In this document: positions 9,552 through 18,128 of the stretch, in pieces
Layout: every line of letters begins with the position of its first letter
Position numbering within the stretch: position 1 is the first letter of the stretch
Virus record (IMG/VR): IMGVR_UViG_3300017780_009147
Span: 1 to 30,408 of that record
DNA: 30,408 nt
Direction: 5' to 3' (one strand)
From: a virus
Taxonomy: Duplodnaviria; Caudoviricetes
Notes under the pieces: generated by a model
Seen by the model: only the letters and a program-made list of their open reading frames with translations
Told to the model about the DNA's origin: nothing
Databases searched by the model: none
Made by a program: the position numbers and the translations under genes

Positions 9552-10716
9552 TCACGAGTCTCTCCCTTCCCTCGTACTCAAATGAGAACATGCTCAGGAG
9601 TCTGTGGTATGGCGTGTACATGCCTGTCACCTTGTACCTGACACCTGCGAACCTGAAGACAATCCCTTCAACAGGTAGCATCCTGACTGATGGATCGATC
9701 CTCTTTATGCTGCTCTCTAGCTTGCCTCTCCAGCGCTCATTGAGATCAACAATCTCGCCAGACGTTCCTCTGACCTTGATGGCTTCCCTGCTGTAGGCTG
9801 CCACAATCCTGCTCACACTTTCGTTTATCGCAGTCAGGGATTCCTGGCTAGCGGGCATGCTGAAGTCGAAGCAAGATAAGAGATTATTCATGTACCTCTG
9901 CAGCATCTTCTCGACACGTGCAACTCCTGCAGAGCGAACAGTCCCGGCTGCCTCCATCTCCTTGACGATGCTCCAGAGGTTCCCTGTGCGATCTGCCGCC
10001 TTGATCTCCTTGTGATCAACCACCGTTCCTCTCACCAGGCGCTTCGCCACCAATAGTGCGTGATCACGCCGCATGCCGCCGTTGTTGAGAATCCTGCCAA
10101 CCTCTAGCGTGTAAAGTGTTCCTAGATCTGTAGGATCATCAAGCTCAGACATGTCTATTGTCATCTCTCTCACAAGCCTCGGGATAGGCTTCGGAAGAAC
10201 ACGTAGCTGTCCGTTCCTCGTAGTTGACAGTATCTTGTTTGCAGCTATGCTGTCTATCGGTGATCCAGACGGTGAAGCGAATCTAATTGTTCTGAGGCTA
10301 TCCTCGGGATACTTGAGTGTAACGGGATTTGATGATTGAATCAGTGAGCACTCAAGGACGGATTTTCCGTCGCAGAATGCAGACCTCACAACATCCCTGT
10401 CTAGAGAGTCAATGAAATCCTGCGCTGTGTCGAATGCAATTCCAAACCCCACTTTTACTTGATTAGGAATCCTTTGAAGCATCTGCTGTTTGTCAAGAAG
10501 TCCTTCGTCTAATCTCTTTGATGATGCACCCTTACCAGCGTATTTGACAACGCCTCCTGAGACTGCGAATGAGAAGTTTTGGCCATCCATCTTCTCCTCA
10601 ATACCGGGCACCTTGCCCTTCGACACGTCTAGCAGGATGTTCTTGATGTCTAGCACTCTGAGACTAAGGTCCTCATGGAGTCCCATTATATGAGCTTCTG
10701 TGTTATTCTCGTTCAT
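9541..10716 (-). CDS. Covalent nucleotidyltransferase / RNA-ligase-like protein
   Basis: EEKMDGQN (motif I KxDG), VEGIVF (motif IV), YKVTG (motif V). Confidence 0.6.
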   Translation of the reverse strand: MNENNTEAHIMGLHEDLSLRVLDIKNILLDVSKGKVPGIEEKMDGQNFSFAVSGGVVKYAGKGASSKRLDEGLLDKQQMLQRIPNQVKVGFGIAFDTAQDFIDSLDRDVVRSAFCDGKSVLECSLIQSSNPVTLKYPEDSLRTIRFASPSGSPIDSIAANKILSTTRNGQLRVLPKPIPRLVREMTIDMSELDDPTDLGTLYTLEVGRILNNGGMRRDHALLVAKRLVRGTVVDHKEIKAADRTGNLWSIVKEMEAAGTVRSAGVARVEKMLQRYMNNLLSCFDFSMPASQESLTAINESVSRIVAAYSREAIKVRGTSGEIVDLNERWRGKLESSIKRIDPSVRMLPVEGIVFRFAGVRYKVTGMYTPYHRLLSMFSFEYEGRERLVISG

Positions 10717-10737
10717 TGTCTGAATATAATCACTACC

Positions 10738-11043
10738 ATGCCAAAGATTATCAAACCTAGCCTCGACCCATCGATTGTTGATCCTAGCTCAGTCTACTCT
10801 ACACTTGAATCTGTTGCAAAGTTCTCTGGTGATTGCGACGACTGGGTTACGATCAAGATCGAGATCATGCAGCGTCTAAATCCGTACCACAGGAGATTCT
10901 TCTCTACACGTGATCCTAAGACAAAGGAGCAATCCATGAATGGCTTCGAAATCCAGCTTGCTGAGAAGTTTCTAGCTCTAACTGGAACAACCCTTATACT
11001 TAGGACTAGAGAGCAGAGAAGGAAAATCTATGGCAAGATCTAA
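10738..11043 (+). CDS. Hypothetical protein
   Basis: ATG 10738 lies 7 nt after TATAAT; the longer track start overlaps the divergent gene. Confidence 0.65.
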   Translation: MPKIIKPSLDPSIVDPSSVYSTLESVAKFSGDCDDWVTIKIEIMQRLNPYHRRFFSTRDPKTKEQSMNGFEIQLAEKFLALTGTTLILRTREQRRKIYGKI

Positions 11044-11803
11044 TCCTGAAGAGTTGATTCGTATGCTGGTTCGTGAGGAGCTGAGAAGAGAGAAGCTCAA
11101 TGAGATCCAGTACACTGGATATGGCGGTGGCTTTGCATACACAGGTGGTGGCGATCTAACGAAGAAGACTGCAGGCGGTACTCTTAGTATCGTAGGAGGC
11201 GTCATCAAGGGCATTCCCGGTGTCGTTAAAGCAGTTGCTAGAAATACTCCTACTCTAGCAGCTGCATTCATCTCTGGTAAGCTTGCCTGGGCTGCAGCCC
11301 ATCATAATGGATTTATGGAAAAGGTCAAGAGCTTAGCATCTACAATGAAGTCCAAGTTCAGTAGCTCTGCTGAACTCATCAAGATTCTTCCGCCTCCTGG
11401 CATGACTAATCCATCTTTCTTGCTAAATTTTGGAAAAGAGATTGTCATATTTGTCGATGGTAAAGATAAAAATTGTGTTAAGATTACTGAAGCATTGGCT
11501 AAAGATGTCATACTCTTGCAACGGGAAATGGGGATGATAAATGCTAAAAGTGGAATGGACAAGCTAGTTGCGATGTATGGTCTTTTCTCAAATACCGACA
11601 TTGATTTTGATCAGGCGACTTACGATGCAGCAGTCAAGGGCCTAAACGAATCCACCATCAACAGCGTCTTCAGAGACTTTATGGATGGTGTCTTTGAAGC
11701 TGTAGCAGATGAAATCACGGGAATAATGAATGAAAAGACTGAGACCAAGGCCTGCCTACCCGGGATGGCAGACAGCATTGCTAAAATTAGGAGCATAACC
11801 TAA
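11030..11803 (+). CDS. Hypothetical protein with head-targeting-like leader and Gly-rich hydrophobic segment
   Basis: LIRMLVREELRREKLNE leader; ATACTTAG at 10996. Confidence 0.75.
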   Translation: MARSNPEELIRMLVREELRREKLNEIQYTGYGGGFAYTGGGDLTKKTAGGTLSIVGGVIKGIPGVVKAVARNTPTLAAAFISGKLAWAAAHHNGFMEKVKSLASTMKSKFSSSAELIKILPPPGMTNPSFLLNFGKEIVIFVDGKDKNCVKITEALAKDVILLQREMGMINAKSGMDKLVAMYGLFSNTDIDFDQATYDAAVKGLNESTINSVFRDFMDGVFEAVADEITGIMNEKTETKACLPGMADSIAKIRSIT

Positions 11804-11834
11804 ACGACTTCGTAGGTCACAGTAATTTAAGACC

Positions 11835-12188
11835 ATGACCAACAAGCATCAAGGCAAGTGGATTCCAGAGATCATGTATGAGGAGGATTCGCAGATCCCG
11901 TTCATCATGGTTCCAGAAGGCGAGGCTAACCCTCCGGTTCTCTTCATATTCATCTCCAGGGAGACAAATGAGTTTGAGCCTGGTCCTGAGGGTGAGGAGA
12001 TTCCTATCATTGAGATGGATCTACACTCCTACGGTGATATGCAGATTCTCAAGGACAAGCTAGATGAGAAGACCTATGACAAGGTCAGGAGTGCTCTCGG
12101 CCTAGAGAAGATGAAGGATGCTGTTGAGAAGGGTTCTAAAATAACGGGAACAGTTCAGGACAATATTGATAAATCTAGAAAAAAGTAG
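11835..12188 (+). CDS. Hypothetical protein
   Basis: Clean ORF with typical codon style. Confidence 0.75.
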   Translation: MTNKHQGKWIPEIMYEEDSQIPFIMVPEGEANPPVLFIFISRETNEFEPGPEGEEIPIIEMDLHSYGDMQILKDKLDEKTYDKVRSALGLEKMKDAVEKGSKITGTVQDNIDKSRKK

Positions 12189-12228
12189 AGATGCGTAATA
12201 GGTAGCTCTACACTGTAGGAGTACTATC

Positions 12229-12576
12229 ATGAAGTTCGATATTGAGAGACTTTCCCGTCTTGCTGGGCTTGGCGGCGGTTCAGGAACCCTTCTTAAGGAG
12301 GGCGGAAATCTTAGCAAGCGTGAGGATCCTTCTGGTCCTCCACTCAAGTCGGACAAGAAGGGAGTCTCCTATGACGGATACTCTCTTGCTGAGGCTCCTG
12401 AGGATGAGGAAGAGATGGGTGAGAATGATGAGGAGATGGACCCAATAATGGAAGCCCGTCTCAAGCACATCATCCAGATGGAAGTTGAGAGCATGCTCTC
12501 AAACCGCAACAGCACTGCTAGCAAGCCCGCTCGTGGCATCACGACAGGCTTCGTCGGTCCTGGCTTCCGTCGTTAA
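12229..12576 (+). CDS. Acidic hypothetical protein (possible head core protein)
   Basis: ERLSRLAGL, LLKE, LKHIIQMEVE motifs; AGGAG RBS; ATAGGTAG at 12198. Confidence 0.75.
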   Translation: MKFDIERLSRLAGLGGGSGTLLKEGGNLSKREDPSGPPLKSDKKGVSYDGYSLAEAPEDEEEMGENDEEMDPIMEARLKHIIQMEVESMLSNRNSTASKPARGITTGFVGPGFRR

Positions 12577-12596
12577 GACGAAGTTAAAAACAGCAG

Positions 12597-12641
12597 TGTA
12601 ACTATTCACCCTCGTTGACTATAATGGTCTCGAGGGTGAAT
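12597..12641 (+). promoter_or_regulatory. Sigma70-type promoter TGTAAC-N17-TATAAT overlapping an 11-bp inverted repeat that covers the RBS
   Basis: ATTCACCCTCG (12604-12614) / CGAGGGTGAAT (12631-12641). Confidence 0.7.
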
Positions 12642-12643
12642 TC

Positions 12644-13045
12644 ATGTTCGAAGTAAGCAAAATTCTATTCGTCATTTCAAAGAAAACAAACAAGGTCTTC
12701 CCAGTCCAGATTATCGAGTGCATAATCAGGAAGACGACGACAGGTGAGTCATACAGCCACACTGTTGTGATTCCTAACAAGGAAAAAGCAGAGATGCGCC
12801 TGGAGGAGATGGATGTTGACATCTTCCCGACTCTTGATAGCGCCCGCAATCACATGATGCAGAACGCGATCTCTGCTATTGATGAGATGGTGAGACGCGC
12901 AGGAGAAATTGCAACTAGCGTCTTTAGCGCACCAGAAGAAGATGAGCTGGATCAGCAAGTTATACCAGGTGTAATTGATGATGATGGGGGTGTTACAAAG
13001 ATAGTAGATTTAGGGAACGGGCAAAAAGCGAGATTAAGAATCTAA
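12644..13045 (+). CDS. Hypothetical protein
   Basis: GAGGGTG RBS and promoter upstream. Confidence 0.75.
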   Translation: MFEVSKILFVISKKTNKVFPVQIIECIIRKTTTGESYSHTVVIPNKEKAEMRLEEMDVDIFPTLDSARNHMMQNAISAIDEMVRRAGEIATSVFSAPEEDELDQQVIPGVIDDDGGVTKIVDLGNGQKARLRI

Positions 13046-13056
13046 CAGGGTGACAA

Positions 13057-13866
13057 ATGATCGCAATTCTCGACGGCTACAACCTCATGCACAGGGCTCG
13101 CTTCGGAATGAAGCAGGGAGAAGATCACATCGTCTACTCTTTCTTCAGATCACTAAGACCTCTAATCGAGGAGATCTCTCCTGTCAAGACGTACGTAGTT
13201 CTAGAGGGTTCTCCCAAGCGTCGGCTTGCGCTTGACTCTGAGTACAAGGCGAACCGTAAGATTGACCCTGATGATCCTCGCGCAATCGAGATGAAGGAGT
13301 TCAGGCGGCAGAAGGCGATCATTCTCTCGCTCCTTGAGCACATGCCTGTGGAGATGATACTTCACCCTGACCATGAGTGTGACGATGTAATTTCTCATCT
13401 CGTCTCTGTAAAGCACGCTGATGAGGACAAGATTGTTGTCTCATCTGATACTGACTTCATCCAGCTGTTCTCACTCAATGGCAGGGTGAAGGTCTACAAT
13501 CCGGTCAAGAAGCAGTACATCACACCACCTGATTACAACTACGTCATCTGGAAGGCTCTCCGCGGAGATAAATCAGACAACATCCCGGGTATGCCTGGAA
13601 TCGGCGATGTTATCGCCGAGAGGCTGACACGTGATCCCGATGCCTTGAAGGCCTGGGTTGCGGAAAATCCTAGCCTTGCTCCGCACCTAAGTCGGAATCT
13701 AGATCTCGTCGGTTTTGAGGATATCAATCCTGATGACGGTTTGATGAGATCTGTTGTAGGGACTCCTGATTGGAACTTTCTCTATGAGAAGTTCAAGGAG
13801 CTAGGATTTTGGTCAATCATAAATCAGAAATCCTGGTCAAAATATGTCAAGACTTTCGGTGCGTGA
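13057..13866 (+). CDS. 5'-3' exonuclease / flap endonuclease (PolI N-terminal domain, T4 RNase H-like)
   Basis: ILDGYNL, YKANR, ECDD, SSDTDF, GDKSDNIPGMPGIG motifs. Confidence 0.92.
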   Translation: MIAILDGYNLMHRARFGMKQGEDHIVYSFFRSLRPLIEEISPVKTYVVLEGSPKRRLALDSEYKANRKIDPDDPRAIEMKEFRRQKAIILSLLEHMPVEMILHPDHECDDVISHLVSVKHADEDKIVVSSDTDFIQLFSLNGRVKVYNPVKKQYITPPDYNYVIWKALRGDKSDNIPGMPGIGDVIAERLTRDPDALKAWVAENPSLAPHLSRNLDLVGFEDINPDDGLMRSVVGTPDWNFLYEKFKELGFWSIINQKSWSKYVKTFGA

Positions 13867-13889
13867 TATAAGACCATGACTCTGATGTT

Positions 13890-14099
13890 ATGATCCCTCA
13901 GGAGGATATTGTGCAGTCACAAGCAATCAACCCTGAGAAGATCCAAACGCTCAGAGAGCTAGGTGTGATCTCCCAGGAGGAGGTACCATTCACTGTCGGC
14001 GATGTTCTATACGCTGAAAACGTTATCACTAAGCAGCGCAGAATAATCAACAATGCGCCAGCCAGCATCACAGAATCCAAGAGGATCCTCAAGGGATGA
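13890..14099 (+). CDS. Hypothetical protein
   Basis: ATGA-coupled to groEL; true start may be GTG 13911 (GGAGGA RBS). Confidence 0.65.
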   Translation: MIPQEDIVQSQAINPEKIQTLRELGVISQEEVPFTVGDVLYAENVITKQRRIINNAPASITESKRILKG

Positions 14100-15694
14100 A
14101 CTACGAATCTCCAAAGATTGTCACTTTTGATCTCGAGGCGAGAGAGAAGCTCCTACAGGGCGTGAATATCCTCGCTGAGGCAGTCAAGACTACCATGGGA
14201 CCACGCGGTAGAAATGTAGTCATCGAGAACAAGGAAGGCCATCCGGTTGTCACCAAGGACGGTGTGACTGTCGCTAGAGCCATTAATCTGCGTGACCAGA
14301 TAAAGAACCTGGGCGTGCAGATGGCAAAGGAGGCTGCATCGAGAACAGCGGATACTGCTGGTGATGGAACTACCACAGCTACAGTTCTCACGCAGGCAAT
14401 CTTTGGAGAAGGAATGAAGATGCTAGCTGCTGGGCATCAAGCATCAGATCTCAAGAGAGGCATCGATTCAGCAGTCGATGAGATCATCGCATCCCTGCGC
14501 GATGAGTCAATCTCAGTCTCCAGAGATGAGGAGATCCAGCAGGTTGCAACCATCTCTGCTAACGGTGAGTCAGAGATAGGAAACCTCATCGCCTCAGCAA
14601 TCAAGAGGGTTGGCACTGATGGAGTTGTTACTGTAGAGGAAGCGAAGGGTTTCTCCACAACGCTAACAGTCGTGGATGGCATGAGAATTGAGAGAGGATA
14701 TCTCTCTCCCTACTTCATCACAGATCAGGAACGGATGGTTGTCGAGCTTGACAAGCCCTACGTCCTCCTGTGCAACAAGAAGTTTGACTCTCTTAAAGAG
14801 CTCACACCTCTTCTGGAGAAGATACTAACATCGCAGAGACCACTTCTCGTTGTGGCCGATGACATTGAGGGCGAGGCGATGCAAGGTCTTGTTCTCAACA
14901 AGATCAAGGGTGCTCTCAAGGTTTGCGCAATCAGGGCACCCGGTTTTGGTGAGTCTAGGGAAGACATGATGTCAGATCTTGCAGCAGTGCTGGGGTGCGA
15001 TATCTCTAACACGCTCCAGACAACTGATATCATGTCAATGCAGCTTTCGCAGCTAGGAACCTGCAGCAAGGTTGTCGTCTCTCGCTATGACACAACTTTT
15101 GTCGGAGGCGGAGCAAGCCAGGAGAAGATTGAGGCCCAGATCAACTCTTGCAGGGAAGGTCTCAAGAGATCAATTGATCCCGATGAGATAAACCACATCA
15201 AGGGCAGGCTCGCCAGACTTGCAGGTGGAATCGCTGTTCTTCGTGTTGGTGGTGCCACTGAATCAGAGTTGAGGGAGAGAAAGGATCGTGTTGACGATGC
15301 TCTTCACGCAACCCAGGCTGCACTCTCTGAAGGCATCGTTCCAGGAGGTGGTGTTGCACTTGTCCGTGCTTCGTCTCGAATCCAGCTCTCTGGAGTCGAC
15401 GGATACAACGCTGGCCGCATAATCGTTAGAAATGCATGTCAATCTCCCCTGAAACAGATTGTCCTGAATTCAGGAGGCACACCCGACGTAATCCTGAATC
15501 AGGTTCTAAACCTCCAGAAGAACCATGGATACGACGCCTTCAGCGGTGTCTTTGGCGACATGTTTGAGATGGGCATCATAGATCCTGCCAAGGTAGTCAG
15601 GTGCGCCCTCCAGAACGCTTCATCGGCTGCAAGCATGATGCTCACCAGCGGCTGCGCCGTGGTCGAGGACGAAAGACCGCAGGATAATAGATAG
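14096..15694 (+). CDS. groEL: Group I chaperonin GroEL
   Basis: TMGPRGRNV, VTKDGVTVA, GDGTTTATV, GYLSPYF, APGFG, GIVPGGG, GIIDP; no GGM tail. Confidence 0.97.
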   Translation: MNYESPKIVTFDLEAREKLLQGVNILAEAVKTTMGPRGRNVVIENKEGHPVVTKDGVTVARAINLRDQIKNLGVQMAKEAASRTADTAGDGTTTATVLTQAIFGEGMKMLAAGHQASDLKRGIDSAVDEIIASLRDESISVSRDEEIQQVATISANGESEIGNLIASAIKRVGTDGVVTVEEAKGFSTTLTVVDGMRIERGYLSPYFITDQERMVVELDKPYVLLCNKKFDSLKELTPLLEKILTSQRPLLVVADDIEGEAMQGLVLNKIKGALKVCAIRAPGFGESREDMMSDLAAVLGCDISNTLQTTDIMSMQLSQLGTCSKVVVSRYDTTFVGGGASQEKIEAQINSCREGLKRSIDPDEINHIKGRLARLAGGIAVLRVGGATESELRERKDRVDDALHATQAALSEGIVPGGGVALVRASSRIQLSGVDGYNAGRIIVRNACQSPLKQIVLNSGGTPDVILNQVLNLQKNHGYDAFSGVFGDMFEMGIIDPAKVVRCALQNASSAASMMLTSGCAVVEDERPQDNR

Positions 15695-15698
15695 ATAG

Positions 15699-16049
15699 GT
15701 GACAAACCAACTTCTAAACGAGGCTGACTTTAGGCTCAAGCGCACCTTGATGAATATTAAAGTGCGTTTATCTATCGATCCAGAAGCACACATTCCTGAC
15801 ACTATGACGAGGATCAGGATTTTGGCATCTGTCGCAGTCGTTAGTCAGACCATGCGCTCACAGACTCTTGCAGACGGAAGGGAATACCTTGAACTGAGCA
15901 TAAAGTTCATGCCAAACTCAGACGGAGTTTATAAGAATCTCGTGACCATTGCGAAGATGATGAAGTCTATGCCTGGTGTCAAGTCAGTTAGGGTTCTAGA
16001 GCTAAGTGGTAAACCTGTAACATTCCAAGGGCAACCAATAGTAATCTGA
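15699..16049 (+). CDS. Hypothetical protein (possible ACT/ferredoxin-like fold)
   Basis: LLNEA leader; MKSMPGVKSVRV pattern; ATAGATAG upstream. Confidence 0.7.
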   Translation: MTNQLLNEADFRLKRTLMNIKVRLSIDPEAHIPDTMTRIRILASVAVVSQTMRSQTLADGREYLELSIKFMPNSDGVYKNLVTIAKMMKSMPGVKSVRVLELSGKPVTFQGQPIVI

Positions 16050-16255
16050 TGAACAGAATGATAATAGTCTCTAGATTTGAGGCTGATATGCAGGTTGCTA
16101 TATCCTGGCTAAGGATAAATAAGGCAGTAGCTGACATTTCTGAGACGCGCAATGTCGACGGAGTCTTCATGTGCGACATAATGTCTAAGAAGACCAAGAA
16201 GGAAGTCTCTGCACTCCTGGCTCTTAGATTTGGAAGATCAGTTCAAGCAAAATAG
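16049..16255 (+). CDS. Hypothetical protein
   Basis: TGATG coupling with previous gene. Confidence 0.6.
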   Translation: MNRMIIVSRFEADMQVAISWLRINKAVADISETRNVDGVFMCDIMSKKTKKEVSALLALRFGRSVQAK

Positions 16256-16257
16256 CC

Positions 16258-16299
16258 TGTAAAAAGTCTAAACCTCCGATTATCCTATGACTGGAGGTT
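16258..16299 (+). promoter_or_regulatory. Promoter TGTAAA-N17-TATCCT with an anti-SD sequence in the spacer
   Basis: AACCTCC (16271-16277) is complementary to GGAGGTT (16293-16299). Confidence 0.6.
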
Positions 16300-16301
16300 A
16301 G

Positions 16302-16535
16302 ATGAAGCGCTTTTCCTTTGATGATCTTGCAATCATGCCCGACGACGATCTACTTCGTCTTGAGTCTTCAATCAAGAGCCAGATCGGTCGCCTTAAGAGG
16401 GCCGGTGGATCTGGAGGCAACGAGGTTGATCTTTGCTACGTCCAGCGCGAGGTTGACATCCGCCGTGGTCGTGCAGCATTCAACATGACTAGAAATCGAC
16501 CAGAAAATTATCTTGAAAATAACGATAGAAACTAG
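16302..16535 (+). CDS. Hypothetical protein
   Basis: GGAGG RBS. Confidence 0.75.
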   Translation: MKRFSFDDLAIMPDDDLLRLESSIKSQIGRLKRAGGSGGNEVDLCYVQREVDIRRGRAAFNMTRNRPENYLENNDRN

Positions 16536-16539
16536 TTTC

Positions 16540-16577
16540 CTTCCTTGCAGCGGTGTCTAAAGCCTTCTGCAAGGAGG
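16540..16577 (+). promoter_or_regulatory. RBS-sequestering hairpin upstream of hsp20 (thermometer-like)
   Basis: CTTCCTTGCAG / CTGCAAGGAGG, 11 bp with one G-U pair. Confidence 0.6.
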
Positions 16578-16581
16578 ATAC

Positions 16582-16869
16582 ATGGCTGGCGATTACTTCA
16601 TAACTGATGAGAAGGATGCTATTGTCCTTGAGATTGCTGTCATCGGACACTCAAAGGACGACATTAGCATCCAGTCTAGTGGACGTCTTCTCACAATAGC
16701 TAGCAAGCAGGAACCTAAATCAAGGACATCAAGGAGAATCAACGAAAGATTCACCATGTCTCATTATCTTGATGAAGAAAATGTTTCTGCACATTGTAAA
16801 GATGGTATTCTTTGGGTAAGATTGCCAAAGAAGAATTGTGTAAAGACTAAACAAGTAACAGTTAACTAG
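16582..16869 (+). CDS. Small heat-shock protein (Hsp20/alpha-crystallin)
   Basis: LEIAVIGHSKDDISI, VSAHCKDGILWVRLPK. Confidence 0.88.
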   Translation: MAGDYFITDEKDAIVLEIAVIGHSKDDISIQSSGRLLTIASKQEPKSRTSRRINERFTMSHYLDEENVSAHCKDGILWVRLPKKNCVKTKQVTVN

Positions 16870-16877
16870 AGGAAAGC

Positions 16878-17603
16878 ATGCCCGCTCTCGATCAATACAT
16901 GAAAGGGGTCACGCGAACAGGTCTTCTCTCCAAGGAAGAGGAGGTGTCTCTATCTCAACGTATAGAGGCAGGAGACATGGCTGCTAGATCAAGAATGATC
17001 GAGAGCAACCTCCGGCTTGCTATAAGCATAGCAAGGAAGTATCACAGGGCAGGCAATGCGAATCTAGAAGACCTGATACAGGAATCCAACATCGGTCTGA
17101 TGAAGGCAGTCGATCGCTTCGACTGGAGAAAAGGCTTCAAGTTCAGCACTTACGCATGCTGGTGGATTAAACAGTCTGTCAGAAGGTACATCACTGATCA
17201 CTCCAGTGACATCAAGATACCTTCTCATGCGTTTTCTCTCTCATACAAGATCAGGAAGATCACTGAGGAGTATGAGGAGGAGTTCGGTTCCCAGCCTAGC
17301 ATTGCTGAGCTTGCTGCAATTCTGGGTGTCAGTGAATCGTTGATTAAGACAGGTGAGAATGCTATCAATACACAGAAGATGGTGTCGATAGATTCACCTG
17401 TCAATCACGATGGAACTTCAATGATGTTCCACGAGACAATTCCTGATGACAGAGAAGACATGGATGTCTCAATCGATAGAGAGAAGATCTCGCTCATGAT
17501 CAAGGAAGGAATGCAGTCTTTGACTCCTCGTGAGGAAAAGATCTTGCGCTTGCGATTTGGTGTCTACGAAGGATATGATCCCAGTCACATCAAGGAGGTC
17601 TGA
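16878..17603 (+). CDS. RpoD/RpoS-like sigma-70 factor lacking region 4.2
   Basis: LLSKEEE (1.2), ESNLRL, DLIQESNIGLMKAVDRFD, FKFSTYACWWIKQ (2), PSIAELA (3), LTPREEKILRLRFG (4.1), then stop. Confidence 0.92.
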   Translation: MPALDQYMKGVTRTGLLSKEEEVSLSQRIEAGDMAARSRMIESNLRLAISIARKYHRAGNANLEDLIQESNIGLMKAVDRFDWRKGFKFSTYACWWIKQSVRRYITDHSSDIKIPSHAFSLSYKIRKITEEYEEEFGSQPSIAELAAILGVSESLIKTGENAINTQKMVSIDSPVNHDGTSMMFHETIPDDREDMDVSIDREKISLMIKEGMQSLTPREEKILRLRFGVYEGYDPSHIKEV

Positions 17604-17890
17604 TGTCTATGCCCATAGGCCACAAGGCAGAACACGGAAACGCTAGCATCTCAGAGATCGACGGTGCACACGGATACAGGGAGATCTCTGAGATCATGAC
17701 AGGTGAGGGCGATGAGATGAATCACGCCACTGCTCGTCATGTGTTCATTAGGGCGATGGAGAAGATTGCGATCAAAGTATCCGTCGGAAATGGAAAGAGA
17801 GTCACCCACTCAGAAATTCAGAGAATTGCTAAAGATCCACGTTTCCAGTCCTCTGTCATGGAGTATCTTAGGGCAATAGACGGGAAGTAG
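17603..17890 (+). CDS. Stand-alone sigma region-4.2-like HTH protein
   Basis: GYREISEIM...MNHATARHVFIRAMEKI; TGATG overlap and AAGGAGG RBS. Confidence 0.65.
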   Translation: MSMPIGHKAEHGNASISEIDGAHGYREISEIMTGEGDEMNHATARHVFIRAMEKIAIKVSVGNGKRVTHSEIQRIAKDPRFQSSVMEYLRAIDGK

Positions 17891-17894
17891 TAGC

Positions 17895-18128
17895 ATGGCT
17901 GACTGGAAAAAATACCTTTCTCGAAAGGGTATAACACTACAAGACTTTGTTGATGACCACAAGGTCACTGACTCTTTAAACCTTCGTAGGGCTCTGTCAA
18001 AGCTAGGTCTGACTGTCCCGCTTGATAATGATCAAAATCTCGGGAATATTTCATGGTATCAACACAATCTTGTGAAGACCCCCGATTTTAAGATTGTAAA
18101 GATCTCAAGGATGGTGAATAATGAATGA
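17895..18128 (+). CDS. Hypothetical protein
   Basis: ORF tiles the operon. Confidence 0.65.
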   Translation: MADWKKYLSRKGITLQDFVDDHKVTDSLNLRRALSKLGLTVPLDNDQNLGNISWYQHNLVKTPDFKIVKISRMVNNE

